Positions 1 through 9,340 are shown, numbered from the stretch's first letter. The stretch: DNA of 64,000 bases from Gordonia paraffinivorans (GCA_036946345.1 JAQIJH010000001.1:41684-105683), one strand, 5' to 3'. The notes: generated from the sequence alone by a model not told the origin. Program-made: numbers and translations.

Positions 1-2
1 GA

Positions 3-479
3 TCGCTTCTGCCGGTCGTCGCGGGGGCGGTGCTGTGGACCGTGGTCGCGGCGGTCGGCTCCCGCCGCGACGTCGTCGTCGATCTCCTGGCCCTGTCCAC
101 GCTGTTCGTCGTGGTGTCGCCGTTGTACGCGTTCGCGGTCTACTTCGGCTTCTGGCACGCGTGGCGACAGACGGGACTCATGGTCGACGCAGCGGTCCGC
201 GGGCGCGCCGGGACGAGACCGCGATGGCGACGTGCACTGGTCCTGACGGGTGCGGCATCGGTCGCCGCGTTCGCCGCCACCGCGGCGGTCGTCGCGGCAC
301 GCCCAGGTCCGGGCGTCGCCGTCGCCGCACTCGTGGTCGTCCTGTGTCTCACGGTCCCGCACACGATCGTGTCGTCGACGGCAAGGAAGGCCGACGGCTG
401 TACGGACGGTCCCGGCAGTGCGGCCACGACAGGGTCACTTCTGGGCGGGTTCGCCACCCATGTGGGACAGCATCGGTAG
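3..479 (+). CDS. Brp/Blh-family beta-carotene 15,15'-dioxygenase, 3' part (5' end outside window)
   Basis: Frame open from the window edge; hydrophobic helices with FAVYFGFWHAWRQ and C-terminal LTVPH, typical of Blh/Brp. Confidence 0.65.
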   Translation, partial: SLLPVVAGAVLWTVVAAVGSRRDVVVDLLALSTLFVVVSPLYAFAVYFGFWHAWRQTGLMVDAAVRGRAGTRPRWRRALVLTGAASVAAFAATAAVVAARPGPGVAVAALVVVLCLTVPHTIVSSTARKADGCTDGPGSAATTGSLLGGFATHVGQHR

Positions 480-1574
480 GCCTCCGGTGCGGACGAACCG
501 GGTGACCAGGACAGCGGCGAGCGCGAGCGCGACGATGTTCAGCCACGTGGTGTAGTTCCACGAGATCCCCTGATCGGGGATGTGGGCCGTCGACGGGTCG
601 GGCACGAGGCCGAGCCCGGAGAAGAGCGCGTCGACGATCCAGCTCGCGAGGACGATGGCGACGTAGAACGTCCCGGCGATCCGGATGGTCATGGCCGTCC
701 CGTAGTACTTGCGGTAGATGTTCAGGATCGGCGCGATGAGCAGGTCGGCGAAGATGAAGGCGACGACGCCACCGAAACTGATGCCGCCGGTCCAGAGCAC
801 CACCGCGAGCGGCACGTTGCCCACCGAACACACGAAGCTGACCACCGCGACGAGCGGACCGATGATCGGCCCCCACACCGCGGACACCAGGGGGTGGTCC
901 TCGAAGAACAGTGCCCGCCAGACGCTGTCGGGAACCCATGCCGCCACGGCTCCGGCGATCAGGACGCCGGCGATGATGTCCTTGTAGATCGCCGCCCACT
1001 CCATGGCGAAGATCTCTGACACCGAGGTGAAGGCCTTGCGGGAGAACAGGCGCCGCCAGAAGCCGACGTCGGAGTCGACGGACATGTCCATGCCGGCGTG
1101 ACCCTCCATCGAGCCGGCGATGCCCTTGTCGGCTTGCTCACGAGCGGCGCTGATGACCCGCTCGCGCAGGACGATCCGGAAGATCACGGCGACCAACACG
1201 ATGATGATCGGCCCACCGACGAACTCGGCGAGCGTGAACTGCCAGCCCATCAAGAGGGCGAGAACGACGCCGAGCTCGATCACCATGTTCGTCGACGCGA
1301 TCTCGAAGGCCATCGCCGAGATGAACGACGCGCCCCGGCGGAAGAGCGAACGTGCAAGGGCCACTGCGGCATAAGAACACGACGACGACGCCATGCCGAA
1401 GCCGGTCGCGACGACGAGTTCACGCGGTCCGTTGCCGCCGAGAGCGTTGGTGATGGCCGACTTGCGGACGACGGACTGGATGACTGCCGAGATGGCGAAC
1501 CCGAAGACGAGCGGCCAGAGTATGGTCCATGCCATCGGACCGGCGACCTCCAGGGCGTGCAGAACTGCGGTCAT
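435..1574 (-). CDS. DUF318/ArsP-family permease (putative metal/metalloid transporter)
   Basis: Multi-TM protein with SSSCSYA and FVCSVGNVP motifs and a MEGHAGMDM loop; start chosen at MTAVLH. Confidence 0.8.
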   Translation of the reverse strand: MTAVLHALEVAGPMAWTILWPLVFGFAISAVIQSVVRKSAITNALGGNGPRELVVATGFGMASSSCSYAAVALARSLFRRGASFISAMAFEIASTNMVIELGVVLALLMGWQFTLAEFVGGPIIIVLVAVIFRIVLRERVISAAREQADKGIAGSMEGHAGMDMSVDSDVGFWRRLFSRKAFTSVSEIFAMEWAAIYKDIIAGVLIAGAVAAWVPDSVWRALFFEDHPLVSAVWGPIIGPLVAVVSFVCSVGNVPLAVVLWTGGISFGGVVAFIFADLLIAPILNIYRKYYGTAMTIRIAGTFYVAIVLASWIVDALFSGLGLVPDPSTAHIPDQGISWNYTTWLNIVALALAAVLVTRFVRTGGLPMLSHMGGEPAQK

Positions 1575-1679
1575 GCGCAGAGTGAACCGTCGGCGACCGC
1601 ACTTCATGCCCGCGCCGGGACCATTGCGCAGGTGTGCTCTTTCAGTGTCCCCTCAGCGGAGGTCGTGCAGGGTGTCGGC

Positions 1680-2375
1680 ATGTCTCTTCGTGCGCGCGGT
1701 GCCGTCACTCTCGTCCTGATCGCGGGGGTACTCGGTCTCGGACTGGCGATCGCCGTCCATCAGGACCCCGCCGCGGGTGCCGACACCGCGACGATGCAGT
1801 GGTTCCTGCACCACCGCACCCCCTGGGTGACGCACCTCGCCACGGTGATCAGCGGCATCTTCGCGCCGGGATGGGTGGCCGCGGCGGCAGTGGCCGTGGC
1901 CGTCGTCCTCGTCGCGCATGATCGCCGCCTGGACCGAGGGGTCCGTGTCCTCGCGGCGGTGGCGGTCGCGGGTGCGATCGCAGAGGTGTTCAAGGTGGCC
2001 GTCGACCGTCTCCGCCCACCGGCGGTCGATCAGGTGGGGTCTCCCGGGGCGGCGATGTCGTTCCCGTCCGGGCACGTCACCGGCACCTGCGCGCTGCTCC
2101 TGGCGGTGGCGACCACGATCGCGGTGCACCGTCTCGCGCGGACTCTCGCTGTGGTCACCGCCTCGCTGGGTGCCGGTGCGGTGGCCGTCACGCGTCTCTA
2201 TCTCGGTGCGCACTGGCTGACCGACGTCGTCGCCTCCGTCGCCGTCGCCGTCGCGGCGGTCCTGGCCGCGCCGCCCGTCGTGGGGACGCTCCTGACTCTG
2301 ATCCGACCGCACCTCCCGGTCCGACTGCGGACGCTGGTCGCCGGCACCGGACCCATCTCGTACTCCGCCCGGTGA
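1680..2375 (+). CDS. PAP2-family membrane phosphatase
   Basis: KxxxxRxRP, SFPSGH and TRLYLGAHWLTDV motifs. Confidence 0.88.
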   Translation: MSLRARGAVTLVLIAGVLGLGLAIAVHQDPAAGADTATMQWFLHHRTPWVTHLATVISGIFAPGWVAAAAVAVAVVLVAHDRRLDRGVRVLAAVAVAGAIAEVFKVAVDRLRPPAVDQVGSPGAAMSFPSGHVTGTCALLLAVATTIAVHRLARTLAVVTASLGAGAVAVTRLYLGAHWLTDVVASVAVAVAAVLAAPPVVGTLLTLIRPHLPVRLRTLVAGTGPISYSAR

Positions 2376-3574
2376 CGGCGGCACAGGGGGTGGGGCGAGC
2401 GAATCGCCTCGGCCCCATGGCGTTCGTGGTGGGGTTCGGCGTCGTCAGCATGCTCACCGACATGGTCTACGAGGGCGCGCGGTCGATCACCGGTCCCTAC
2501 CTCGCGACACTGGGCGCCTCGGCGGCCGCGGTGGGTGCCATCACCGGGGTGGGCGAGGCGGTCGCGCTCATCCTCCGGATGGTCACCGGGCCCCTGTCGG
2601 ACCGCGTGGGACGGCAATGGGACCAGTCGATCCTCGGTTACGCGATGACCGCGGTCGCCGCTCCGCTCATCGCCGTCACCGGTGCACTGTGGTCCGCCTC
2701 GGTCCTGGTCGTCGTCGAACGCTTCGGCAAGGCGGTCCGGACGCCGGCGCGCGACACGATGTTGGCCCAGGCCAGCGCAGGTCGTCGTCGGGGACGGGTG
2801 TTCGCCGTGCACGAGGCTCTCGACCAGTCAGGAGCCCTGCTCGGACCTCTCCTCGTCGCCGCGATGGTCGCAGCGATCGGCTATCGGGCCGGGTTCGCCG
2901 TGCTGGCGGTCCCGGGCGCTTTCGCACTGCTCGCCCTGGCGTGGCTGCGCCGTCGGGTTCCGTCCCCGGCGGCGTACGAGGGAGCGGCCGTCCCCGCCGC
3001 CGCGGGAGTCGGGAGCGTCCGGCTCCCCGCGCAGTTCTGGCGGTACGCGGGCTTCACCGCGGTCGCGATGGCGGGATCGTCGACGTTCGCGGTCCTCGCC
3101 TTCCACATGCATGCGAGGCACGTCGTCGCCGACGCACTCATCCCCGTGGTCTACGCGGCGGCGATGGCGGCCGCCGCCGTCGCCGCGCTCGCGTCCGGGC
3201 GTCTCTATGACCGGGTGGGCATGCGCGCGTTGCTCGTGGCCCTGCCTCTCGCGGCGGTGGTGCCCGTGCTGGCGTTCACGACCTCGACCGCGCTGGTGGT
3301 CGTCGGGGCCGTCGTCTGGGGCGCGTCGATGGGCATCCACGAGTCCACGTTCCGAGCCGTCGTCGCCGAACTCGTCCCGTCATCTCGACGGGGTGCGGGC
3401 TTCGGGATCTTCGCCGCGGTCTACGGGATCGCCTGGCTCGGCGGGTCGGTGCTGATCGGAGCCCTGTACGACCACTCGATCTCTGCGGTCATCGTCTACA
3501 CCGTGCTGACCCAGGTGGTCGCCGGCGGCCTGCTCGTCGGCATCGCTGCGAAAGAACGCGGTGGGGCGGGGTGA
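2372..3574 (+). CDS. MFS transporter
   Basis: About 12 TM segments, GPLSDRVG and GRLYDRVG motif A copies, ERFGKAVRTPARD; GTGA overlap with the PAP2 gene. Confidence 0.88.
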   Translation: MTAAQGVGRANRLGPMAFVVGFGVVSMLTDMVYEGARSITGPYLATLGASAAAVGAITGVGEAVALILRMVTGPLSDRVGRQWDQSILGYAMTAVAAPLIAVTGALWSASVLVVVERFGKAVRTPARDTMLAQASAGRRRGRVFAVHEALDQSGALLGPLLVAAMVAAIGYRAGFAVLAVPGAFALLALAWLRRRVPSPAAYEGAAVPAAAGVGSVRLPAQFWRYAGFTAVAMAGSSTFAVLAFHMHARHVVADALIPVVYAAAMAAAAVAALASGRLYDRVGMRALLVALPLAAVVPVLAFTTSTALVVVGAVVWGASMGIHESTFRAVVAELVPSSRRGAGFGIFAAVYGIAWLGGSVLIGALYDHSISAVIVYTVLTQVVAGGLLVGIAAKERGGAG

Positions 3575-3632
3575 TCGCGCTGTCAGGATCGACGCCGGGA
3601 CGAGCTCGGTGCTTCCAGACCTCGCGGTTCGG

Positions 3633-4070
3633 CTACGTCGGTGTGGATGGTCCCGAATGATCGGTGAGCCTGTGGACGAGGTCGTCGACGCGGCGGGCGA
3701 TGTCGTCGCGGATGAGACGCATGCGGTCCATCCCGTCGATGCCGCGGTGTGACGGTTCGTCGGTGTCCCAGTTCTCGACCTCGATGCCGCCGGGTGGGGT
3801 GTCGACGGTGGCCTCGCGGCCGAGCGTGACCACGATGTCGACCCGTCCGAGGAGCTGTGGGTCGATGGGTGTCGGGTGTTCGCCGCTGATGTCGACACCG
3901 ACCTCGAGGAGGCTCGCCGCGGACAGTGGGTTCACGGCGACGCCGGGAGCGGTTCCCGCGGAATGGATCTCGACGCGGTCACCGGCCACGGCGCGCATCA
4001 GACCGGCGGCCATCTGTGACTTGCCGGCGTTCTTCACACAGACGAACAACACACTGGGCGTGTCGGTCAT
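3633..4070 (-). CDS. arsC: Arsenate reductase, LMW-PTP fold, single-Cys (mycothiol-dependent type)
   Basis: VLFVCVKNAGKSQMA loop, SAGT, only one Cys; last gene of the ars operon. Confidence 0.88.
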   Translation of the reverse strand: MTDTPSVLFVCVKNAGKSQMAAGLMRAVAGDRVEIHSAGTAPGVAVNPLSAASLLEVGVDISGEHPTPIDPQLLGRVDIVVTLGREATVDTPPGGIEVENWDTDEPSHRGIDGMDRMRLIRDDIARRVDDLVHRLTDHSGPSTPT

Positions 4071-5158
4071 GACCTGCTCTCACCGGCCTCGTCGGACCGG
4101 ACGGCGAAACGCGCGCGCATTGCCAGTGAGACATAGACGAGGCCGATGAGGACGGGGACCTCGATGAGAGGGCCGACGACGCCGGCGAGAGCCTGACCCG
4201 ACGTCGCACCGAAGGTCGCGATCGCGACGGCGATGGCGAGCTCGAAGTTGTTGCCCGCGGCGGTGAATGCGAGCGTCGTGGTGCGTTCGTACCCGAGACC
4301 GACGACGGCCCCGGTGAGATACCCGCCGCCCCACATGACGGCGAAGTAGTTGAGGAGCGGCACCGCGATGCGGACGACGTCTAGCGGACGGGAGGTGATC
4401 TGGTCACCCTGGAGAGCGAAGAGGACGACGATCGTGAACAGCAGGCCGTAGAGCGCCCACGGGCCGATGCGCGGAAGGACACTGGTCTCGTACCAATCGC
4501 GCCCGCGGGCACGTTCTCCCAGGCGGCGGGAGAGGAATCCTGCGAGGAGCGGGATCCCGAGGAACACCAGGACGGACTTCGCGATCTGCCACGGCGACGT
4601 GGAGATGCTCGTCTGCGCGAGGCCGAGCCAGCCGGGCAGGACCGAGAGGTAGAACCAGCCCAGGCCGGCGAACATGACCACTTGGAAGATCGAGTTGATC
4701 GCGACGAGGACGGCGGCGGCCTCACGGTCACCGCAGGCGAGGTCGTTCCAGATGACGACCATCGCGATACAGCGCGCGAGGCCGACGATGATCAGGCCCG
4801 TGCGGTACTCGGGCAGGTCCGGCAGCAGCAGCCACGCGAGAGCGAACATCAGCGCCGGGCCGACGATCCAGTTCAGCGCCAGCGACGCGGCGAGCATCCG
4901 ACGATGGCCGGTGACCGTGTCGAGGCGGTCGTAGCGGACCTTGGCCAACACCGGGTACATCATCACCAGAAGGCCGATGGCGATCGGCAGCGAGACACCG
5001 TCGACCGTGATGGCCGAGAGGGCGGTGTTCAGGCCGGGCACGGCGGCACCGAGGCCGATGCCGCCGGCCATGGCGACCGCGATCCAGACAGGGAGGAAGC
5101 GATCGAGGGTGGACAACCGGGCCGCGACTGTCGCCTGGGGGTCGGCGGTCGCGGTCAT
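4067..5158 (-). CDS. acr3: ACR3-family arsenite efflux transporter
   Basis: MMYPVLAKVRY, GLARCIAMV, AAGNNFELAIAVA, GPLIEVPVL. Confidence 0.95.
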   Translation of the reverse strand: MTATADPQATVAARLSTLDRFLPVWIAVAMAGGIGLGAAVPGLNTALSAITVDGVSLPIAIGLLVMMYPVLAKVRYDRLDTVTGHRRMLAASLALNWIVGPALMFALAWLLLPDLPEYRTGLIIVGLARCIAMVVIWNDLACGDREAAAVLVAINSIFQVVMFAGLGWFYLSVLPGWLGLAQTSISTSPWQIAKSVLVFLGIPLLAGFLSRRLGERARGRDWYETSVLPRIGPWALYGLLFTIVVLFALQGDQITSRPLDVVRIAVPLLNYFAVMWGGGYLTGAVVGLGYERTTTLAFTAAGNNFELAIAVAIATFGATSGQALAGVVGPLIEVPVLIGLVYVSLAMRARFAVRSDEAGESRS

Positions 5159-5517
5159 ACAGTCACCGACCCGGTGTCAGACACGGGGTTTGCGGCCTCG
5201 AGAACCGTCGAGAGGCGGTGCAGCGCCTCAGGGATGACCCAGTAGTAGACCCAGGTGCCGCGGCGTTCGCAGTCCATCAACCCGGCGGACCGCAGCACCT
5301 TGAGGTGATGGGAGATGGTCGGCTGGGCGAGGTCGAAGGTCGGGGAGATGTCGCACACGCACGCCTCGCCGTCCTCATGGCTGGCGACGAGGCTCAGCAG
5401 TCGCAGGCGCACCGGATCTGCGAGCGCCTTGAACATCACGGCCAGACCCGCCGCGGAGTCGGCCGGCAAGGGTTCCCTGACCAGGGGCGCGCAGCAGCTC
5501 CCCGCCTGATTCGACAC
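5155..5517 (-). CDS. arsR: ArsR/SmtB metalloregulator
   Basis: FKALADPVRLRLL, EACVCD, QPTISHHLKVLR, ERRGTWVYY; N-terminal CC. Confidence 0.93.
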   Translation of the reverse strand: MSNQAGSCCAPLVREPLPADSAAGLAVMFKALADPVRLRLLSLVASHEDGEACVCDISPTFDLAQPTISHHLKVLRSAGLMDCERRGTWVYYWVIPEALHRLSTVLEAANPVSDTGSVTV

Positions 5518-5525
5518 CCATCTAT

Positions 5526-5541
5526 ATTGACCACCATCGAT
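5526..5541. promoter_or_regulatory. Probable ArsR operator over the ars promoter
   Basis: Imperfect inverted repeat ATTGA-N6-TCGAT immediately upstream of the arsR GTG. Confidence 0.5.
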
Positions 5542-5573
5542 CCGACGATCAAGTCAGGTCGCCGCAAGGGCGA

Positions 5574-6293
5574 CTACCCGACGGCGGTACCGACCACCGT
5601 GCCGATGAGGTAGGTGACCGCCATGGCGATCATCCCGCCGATCGTGACGCGCAGGACGGCGGTGCGACGGTCGGCGTCGCCCACGGCCGCGCTGAGGTAG
5701 CCGGTGAGCGCGAGCGCGAGGGCCACCGCGACGAACGTGATCGGGATGCGAAGGTGCGCAGGCGGCAACAGGATCGCGAGGAGCGGCAACACGGCACCCG
5801 TGGTGAACGCGATCGCTGACGACAGGGCGGCCTGCCACGGGTTGGTCAGCTCCTCGGGGTCGATGCCCAGCTCGGCGTCGACGTGTGCGGCGAAGGCATC
5901 GTTCTCGGTCAGCTCGGTCGCGACCTGCCAGGCCGTCTCGGGCGTCAGCCCCTTTGCCTCGTAGATCGCGGCCAACTCCTCGAGTTCCTCCTCGGGCTGG
6001 TCCTCGAGCTCGGCGCGTTCCTTCTCGAGAAGTGCCTTCTCCGTGTCCCGTTGGGTCGAGACGGACACGTACTCGCCGAGGGCCATCGACACCGCTCCGG
6101 CGGTGAGGCCGGCGACACCGGCGGTGAGGATCGGCTCACGTGCGGCGGTCGCGGCGGCGACGCCGATGACGATGCCTGCGACGGAGACGATCCCGTCGTT
6201 GGCACCGAGGACCCCGGCGCGCAGCCAGTTCAACTTGCTCGCTGCGCCGGCGACGTGCGGCTCGGCGGTGTGCTGGGTCGGGCTCTCGGTCAT
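5574..6293 (-). CDS. VIT1/CCC1-family Fe/Mn transporter
   Basis: NWLRAGVLGANDGIVS and SMALGEYVSVSTQRD. Confidence 0.92.
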   Translation of the reverse strand: MTESPTQHTAEPHVAGAASKLNWLRAGVLGANDGIVSVAGIVIGVAAATAAREPILTAGVAGLTAGAVSMALGEYVSVSTQRDTEKALLEKERAELEDQPEEELEELAAIYEAKGLTPETAWQVATELTENDAFAAHVDAELGIDPEELTNPWQAALSSAIAFTTGAVLPLLAILLPPAHLRIPITFVAVALALALTGYLSAAVGDADRRTAVLRVTIGGMIAMAVTYLIGTVVGTAVG

Positions 6294-6378
6294 GCCAGAC
6301 ATGGAACACCGCTCCGACCTGGCCGTCCAGCAAGCGCAGGCAAGCCTGAGAAGCGCTGTCGACCACGGACTCCCGAGG

Positions 6379-6855
6379 TCAGGCGGCCTCGACGATCTCC
6401 TTGATCCGCGCCAGTGTGGCGGGGATCCCACTGTGCGCGGCATCGATCCGGTCCCGGATCTGATCCTGGGCCTGCTCGCCGTACTTCTCGTGGAAGTAGG
6501 CGATGCCGTCGTCGCGGAACTCCCACGTCTCGGTGAGCTCGGTGCCGCCGTCGACGGGACGCAACAGGAAGCCCCAACGTGCGAACTTGCCGCCGACGAG
6601 CCAGGCGAACTCACGTCCACGTTCCGCTGCGACCACGAGCGACCGCGTCTCCCACGTGCGAGAAGGTGTCTTGTTCCGGCCGCTGAACCAGGCTCCTTCG
6701 CGCGGGCCGTCGGGACCGGGCTCGTCGCCCTCGTCCCACCAGCAGGCCTCGCAGATCGGGCTCCACTCACCGGTGCGCGTCACGTCGGAGACGACCGAAT
6801 AGACCGTGTCCGGATCGGCGTCGACGACGATGGAGTCCGAGTGCTGAAAGGCCAT
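6379..6855 (-). CDS. SRPBCC/polyketide-cyclase-like protein
   Basis: SIVVDADPDTVYSVVSDVTRTGEWSP, GGTELTETWEF; C-terminal part of ORF 6379..7614. Confidence 0.85.
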   Translation of the reverse strand: MAFQHSDSIVVDADPDTVYSVVSDVTRTGEWSPICEACWWDEGDEPGPDGPREGAWFSGRNKTPSRTWETRSLVVAAERGREFAWLVGGKFARWGFLLRPVDGGTELTETWEFRDDGIAYFHEKYGEQAQDQIRDRIDAAHSGIPATLARIKEIVEAA

Positions 6856-6884
6856 GTCCGCGAGCCTACCCACGGCCCCCGAGG

Positions 6885-7910
6885 TCAGTCGGCGACGTGG
6901 ACGACCGTCTTCCCGAACGACCGCCCGGCCAACATCGCCCGGAACGCGTCCAGGGTGTTGTCGAACCCGTCGGTGACGTCCTCGACGTACTTGAGCTTCC
7001 CGTCCGCCACCCATCGGGTCGCCTCCCGGAGGAACGACTCCTGCTGAGTGGCAACGAACTCCGTCTGGATGAAGCCGCGGACGGTGAGGCTGCGGGTGAG
7101 GATCTGGCCCATCAACGCGCCGCTGCGGTCGGGGCCCTCGGGCAGCGACGTGCGGTTGTAGTTCGCGACGAGCCCGCACACCGGGATGCGGCCGTAGGTG
7201 TTCATGCGTGGCAGGACCGCGTCGAAGACAGCCCCACCGACGTTCTCGAAGTACACGTCGATCCCGTCGGGCGTCGCCGCGGCCAGCTGATCGGCGAAGT
7301 CGTCGGCGCGGTGGTCGATCGCCGCGTCGAACCCGAACTCGTCCCGGAGATGGGCGACCTTCTCCGGCCCGCCGGCGATGCCCACGGCGCGTGCACCCTT
7401 CAGCTTCGCGATCTGCCCGACGGCCGACCCGACCGGTCCCACGGCCGCGGCGACGACCACCGTCTCCCCGGGCTGCGGGTTCCCGATGGTGAGCAGGCCC
7501 GAGTAGGCCGTGAAACCGGGCATGCCCAACACGCCGAGAGCCGTGCTCGCCGGCGCGACGGAGGTGTCCAGCCGACGCAGGTGCTTCGTCGCCTCGACGG
7601 AGTGCGTCTGCCATCCGCCGTAGCCGAGGACCACGTCGCCCTCGGAGAACGCGGGGTCGCGGGACTCCAGGACGCGGGACACGGTCGCCCCCACCATCGG
7701 GTCACCGATCTCGACGGGCGCCGCATACGACTTCGCCGCGCTCATCCGTCCACGCATGTACGGGTCCAGGGACAGGTCCAGCGTCTGCAACAGCGCCTGA
7801 CCGTCCGACGGGTCGGGCAGCTCCACCTCCTCGAACCGGAAATCGTCGTCGGTCGGCTCCCCGTGCGGCCGGGCGGCGAGGACGATGCGTCGGGTCGTCT
7901 GGGTGGTCAT
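6885..7910 (-). CDS. NADP-dependent oxidoreductase (CurA/prostaglandin reductase-like MDR)
   Basis: LSLDPYMRGRM, LGVLGMPGFTAY, GIDVYFENVGG. Confidence 0.92.
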   Translation of the reverse strand: MTTQTTRRIVLAARPHGEPTDDDFRFEEVELPDPSDGQALLQTLDLSLDPYMRGRMSAAKSYAAPVEIGDPMVGATVSRVLESRDPAFSEGDVVLGYGGWQTHSVEATKHLRRLDTSVAPASTALGVLGMPGFTAYSGLLTIGNPQPGETVVVAAAVGPVGSAVGQIAKLKGARAVGIAGGPEKVAHLRDEFGFDAAIDHRADDFADQLAAATPDGIDVYFENVGGAVFDAVLPRMNTYGRIPVCGLVANYNRTSLPEGPDRSGALMGQILTRSLTVRGFIQTEFVATQQESFLREATRWVADGKLKYVEDVTDGFDNTLDAFRAMLAGRSFGKTVVHVAD

Positions 7911-7947
7911 GGGTCTCCCATCAGGTGGACGTGTGCAAACCCTGGGT

Positions 7948-7975
7948 CAACACCATCGCCGGCCGTGCTTGTTCC
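7948..7975 (-). promoter_or_regulatory. Possible SigH/SigE-type ECF promoter for the CurA-like gene
   Basis: Minus strand reads GGAAC-N19-GTTG about 40 bp upstream of the ATG. Confidence 0.4.
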
Positions 7976-7994
7976 GGCAGAGCCCTCGCGCACC

Positions 7995-8023
7995 TCACAC
8001 CGTGCTGCCAGCGTCCCCACAGC
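7995..8023 (+). promoter_or_regulatory. OmpR/PhoP-like triple direct repeat (11-bp period)
   Basis: TCACACC-N4-TGCCAGC-N4-CCACAGC upstream of the apbE operon; resembles mycobacterial PhoP TCACAGC-N4-TCACAGC. Confidence 0.45.
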
Positions 8024-8088
8024 TTCGGTTCGCACACTCGTCGTCATCGCCGACAGCAGCATCGTCGGCTCGACGAGAGGGACGCATC

Positions 8089-8397
8089 ATGACCACACCC
8101 GAGCGGGGCATCCGCCGGGCCCGCGCCGCGGCCGCCGCCGTGGGGATGGCCGCGCTGGGCGCCATCGGGATCACATCGGGGTTGGCGTACGCCGACACCG
8201 ACCACCCGACCTCGACCACCTCGGCGACGACGTCGTCCACGGAGACCACCAGCCCGACGAACGACGCGACCGGCGGCGACAGCTCGAGCACCGACGGCAC
8301 CGGGTCGGGGACAGGTACCGACCAGTCCGGCTGGGGTACCGCGCCGACGGTCTCGTCGGGCAGCGGTGACGCCCACGCGCAGACGAGCGGGAGCTGA
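8089..8397 (+). CDS. Small exported Ser/Thr/Gly-rich protein
   Basis: RBS GAGAGG; basic N-region (IRRAR), hydrophobic core, AYA cleavage site; low-complexity mature part ending HAQTSGS; 1 bp before apbE. Confidence 0.75.
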   Translation: MTTPERGIRRARAAAAAVGMAALGAIGITSGLAYADTDHPTSTTSATTSSTETTSPTNDATGGDSSSTDGTGSGTGTDQSGWGTAPTVSSGSGDAHAQTSGS

Positions 8398-8398
8398 G

Positions 8399-9340
8399 AT
8401 GGCCACCGCGTCCGCCCACTGGTCCGTCTGGGGCCTCGACGCCTCGGTCACCGTGACCGACCCGTCGGTGCTCGACGACGCCCGCGCGATCGTCGAGACG
8501 GTCCTCGACGACGTCGATCGTGCGTGCAGCCGCTTCCGCGACGACGCGGAGCTGTACAGCTCGTCCATCCGGCGGGGCCGACCGACGGCGATCTCGCCGA
8601 TGCTCGCCACCCTGGTCGACGCGGCGCTCGCCGCGGCGCACGCGTCGGAGGGTGCGGTCGACCCGACGGTGGGCCAGCGGCTCGTCGCGCTCGGATACGA
8701 CCGGGACCTCGAGACGCTCGCCGATCCCGCCCGCCCGGCCGGCCCGACGCGCCGGTTCGGGCGGTCGCGGTTCGCCGCGCACCGCGCGCACGCCGGGATG
8801 GTCACCCGGCGCAGGGACACCCTCACGGTCCCCGAAGGCGTGATGCTCGACCTCGGGGCGACCGCGAAGGCCGTCGCCGCCGACCTCGCGGCGGACGTCG
8901 TCGCGTCACGGGCCGGGACCGGGGTGCTCGTCGACCTCGGCGGTGACATCGCCACCCGCGGAGCGCATCCGATCGGTGGCTGGCAGATTCTCGTCGACGA
9001 CGGTCCGGGCCAACCGCGGGCACAGATCGCCGTCACGGGCGACTGTGGCGTCGCGACGTCGAGCACCCTGCACCGTCGATGGCGCGACGCCGACGGTGTC
9101 GAGCGGCACCACATCATCGACCCCCGGACGGGTTTCCCGGCCGAGGAGCGCTGGGTGACCGTGACCGTCGCGGCGCGTCGCTGCGTCGACGCCAACACCG
9201 CCGGCACAGCGTGCATCGTCAACGGTCGAGACGGCGCCGATTTCGTCACGGGCACAGGTCTTCCGGCGCGACTGGTGAGCGCCGAGGGCGCCGTCACCGT
9301 GCTCGGCGGGTGGCCCGAGGACCGCGAGCGTGCGGCATGA
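8399..9340 (+). CDS. apbE: FAD:protein FMN transferase (ApbE family)
   Basis: SRFRDDAEL, DPTVG, LDLGATAKA, DLGGDI, ATSS, HHIIDPRTG; no signal peptide visible. Confidence 0.92.
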   Translation: MATASAHWSVWGLDASVTVTDPSVLDDARAIVETVLDDVDRACSRFRDDAELYSSSIRRGRPTAISPMLATLVDAALAAAHASEGAVDPTVGQRLVALGYDRDLETLADPARPAGPTRRFGRSRFAAHRAHAGMVTRRRDTLTVPEGVMLDLGATAKAVAADLAADVVASRAGTGVLVDLGGDIATRGAHPIGGWQILVDDGPGQPRAQIAVTGDCGVATSSTLHRRWRDADGVERHHIIDPRTGFPAEERWVTVTVAARRCVDANTAGTACIVNGRDGADFVTGTGLPARLVSAEGAVTVLGGWPEDRERAA

